Source of the DNA: Gracilinanus agilis
Lineage: Eukaryota
NCBI RefSeq assembly: GCF_016433145.1
Contig: NC_058131.1
Span: 151,276,016-151,340,015 of the forward strand
Direction of reading: 5' to 3'
Length of the DNA stretch: 64,000 nt
The position numbers were made by a program, and so were the translations under genes. This document shows positions 62,031 to 64,000 of this stretch, piece after piece; the stretch's first letter is position 1, and every line of letters begins with the position of its first letter. Under the pieces are notes generated by a model. That model worked only from the letters and a program-made list of their open reading frames with translations, was not told where the DNA came from and ran no database searches.

Positions 62031-64000
62031 CCCCCTCTTATTCTCTTATAAGCTCCTTCACAGGAGGAGACTATTTCATTTTTGTCTTTGTAGCCCTGAT
62101 GCCTGGCTCAACAAATTGCAAAACCTGCAAATTGGAAGGTAATGTTCACATTGCAAAAAAATTCTCTGCTTCATAAAATAATTTACCATGGTTTTCCTTT
62201 AAACAGTGAATTTCCCAAGTACTTTTAAACCTTGGTTGACCTACAAATTCTCAATTCATAGATTTCCTTTTAGGAACACATCACTGCATAAATACTCATG
62301 AATAATTAATAAAATGTATGTAAACTTTTTATCTAACACTGTATATAAGTAGGTTTTCATTTTATTGTTTTAACTCTATAAAAATAAGAAATTTAGTCCA
62401 ATGCTCTTACTTAAAAGATAAGGGTATAGGTTGAATTGAAAGCAGTGCTAAACAAATCTCCAAGGTGCTGGAAGGAGAGTGACTGGAACTGTGGTTTCAT
62501 TGGTAAAAGAACTTTTAGGAAAGGAAACTCCTAACAATAGAGATAGGTGCCTTCTAGGCAATTTCAAGAGTCTTAGAGTTGCCTAGAGCATTCTAACTAC
62601 CAAGTGACTTTTTAGCATCCAAAGTGGCTGTCAGGGGAAGGTCCAGAATCTAGAACTTATGGGCCCCAAAGGTCAGTTCTCTATCCATACTGCCTTATAT
62701 TTGTAAAAGGCTATGATTCTGTGCAAAGTGCATAATGGTAGATTAAGGGGAAGAGGGTTAATTTCAACAAATTTAAGTTAGCCTGTTTTTCAGCCAGAGA
62801 TATAACTAATACTAATTGCAGTTATTTGCTTAAATAAAAAAGGTTAATTTAAAGGTTGGGTCACTGAAGAATCACAGCAACAAATGTGCTTTCCTTCTTT
62901 TTCTAGCTGAAAAACAGTGCAGGCAGTTAAGAACATGGTAAGAAAAAAATTCTACTCTTTTCCTTACCCTTAGAACTTCGGGAAAAATTAATCTAGCTCT
63001 TTCAGTGTCTATTACAATGAACACTTTAAGATGAGAACTATTACAACAGAACAGGTACAATTTAAAAAAATGTATTTTTCAAAATAATGAATAAGATAAA
63101 AAAATATTGTAGCTTTGATAAGCTTAGATAACATGGCTAAATCTGCAAGTCTTATTTAAGTGGTCTTGACTTACAAAAGTATCTAAAGGAAAAAGAAACA
63201 TGGAAAAAATACCAGAATAGAGCCACTGTTAATAATTTGTCTTGTTATAATCACAAAATGTATAGGAACATATTTACCAAGCACCACTTTCAAGTAACTC
63301 AAAAGGAACAGTTTCAACTGGTACATCAGTTATACAGGCATAAGAAGTTAACTTTCCCTGGATGATGAATGCTTCATTTAATTTGTTACCATTTACAGAT
63401 GTAATTTAATTTCTACAAGTTGAGTATGGGATTCCCATTCTCTATTCTTCATTCACAACAGCACCACTGTGGGTTGTTTCAATTACATAAATTGCTGATT
63501 AAGTGTGCAGAGAAGACATTTTATGGACTAGACCTGGCTGAAAGACTCAATCAGTACAAAATAAAAACCAGAAAATTATCTTGTGAGTATGTTAAAAGTA
63601 CTAAAATTCTGCACTGTTCTTAACTATTAGTGTGCCAGTTGGGGAAAAATTCATATACAATATGCTCCAAGAAGATAAATACCATTTGTTTGAATTTGAT
63701 GAAGATAAATAAATTCTAAATTTTGCTATAACATTATTTAAGAGCATTGGGAAAAACCAAATTCCTATATATTTTTCAATTTCTAAACCTTACTTTTTTG
63801 CAATTTGTTTCATAATATACTAAGAAGAGGAACTAGGAATCAGAAGTAGGGTTTTATGATACTCAGATATAAAGAATGTATGTAAAGTGCTTTTCCAACT
63901 TTAAAGCACTACATAATTGTTAGCTATTATTATTATTATTGAGTTTCAACTCCACCACTTAGCAACTGTGTGACCTCAAGCATTAAATCATTTAATCTCC

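Larger units (their letters stand above)
42684..64000 (-). other. BCL2L11: BCL2L11 intron upstream of the BH3 exon (runs past the window end)
   Basis: No sequence encoding the BIM N-terminus (MAKQPS..., DKSTQT motif) was found in the window. The region is dominated by repeats. Confidence 0.8.

Noticed and set aside
785-63623. The remaining 60-120-aa ORFs in the supplied track
   Set aside because: They have no recognisable homology, many start at non-ATG codons, and many overlap SINE, LINE or MITE sequence on both strands. Their number is as expected by chance in 64 kb.
42684-64000. BIM exon 2 or a BIM-gamma-type alternative terminal exon
   Set aside because: No sequence encoding the N-terminal or DKSTQT region was seen, and no splice-flanked candidate could be supported. 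These elements probably lie beyond the window.
1-64000. CRISPR arrays, operons, rRNA or other prokaryote-type systems
   Set aside because: The DNA is marsupial. The only regular repeats are microsatellites, poly(A/T) tails and dispersed transposon copies without repeat-spacer structure.

Overview
AT-rich, repeat-dense vertebrate genomic DNA from a marsupial, most likely a didelphid such as Monodelphis domestica, judged from abundant SINE1_Mdo-like CORE-SINEs, a marsupial RTE-type repeat and several hAT MITE families. The only protein-coding gene is the 3' half of BCL2L11 (BIM) on the minus strand. It comprises the BH3-encoding exon (42571-42683), an 18.7-kb intron, the last coding exon (23730-23831) and a ~4-kb 3'UTR ending at an AATAAA at 19773-19778. 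The upstream BIM exons lie beyond 64000. The rest is intron or downstream intergenic DNA filled with SINEs, MIR, L1, L2, L3/CR1, RTE, hAT MITEs and LTR/ERV remnants. The most notable observations are: (i) a structurally complete 1.39-kb miniature LTR retroelement with LTR, tRNA-Arg PBS, 0.5-kb non-coding core, PPT, LTR and a 4-bp TSD at 2160-3552; (ii) an LTR-less ERV-L-like integrase relic followed by an env-like stretch; (iii) a very dense miRNA-seed and Pumilio-element module at the distal end of the BIM 3'UTR, with upstream alternative poly(A) signals; (iv) a ~125-bp intronic palindrome; (v) four hAT MITE families, one nested in a SINE. Nearly all ORFs in the supplied track are spurious or repeat-derived. 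Repeat family names come from recalled consensus sequences and need RepeatMasker/Dfam confirmation. Boundaries of old repeats are approximate.
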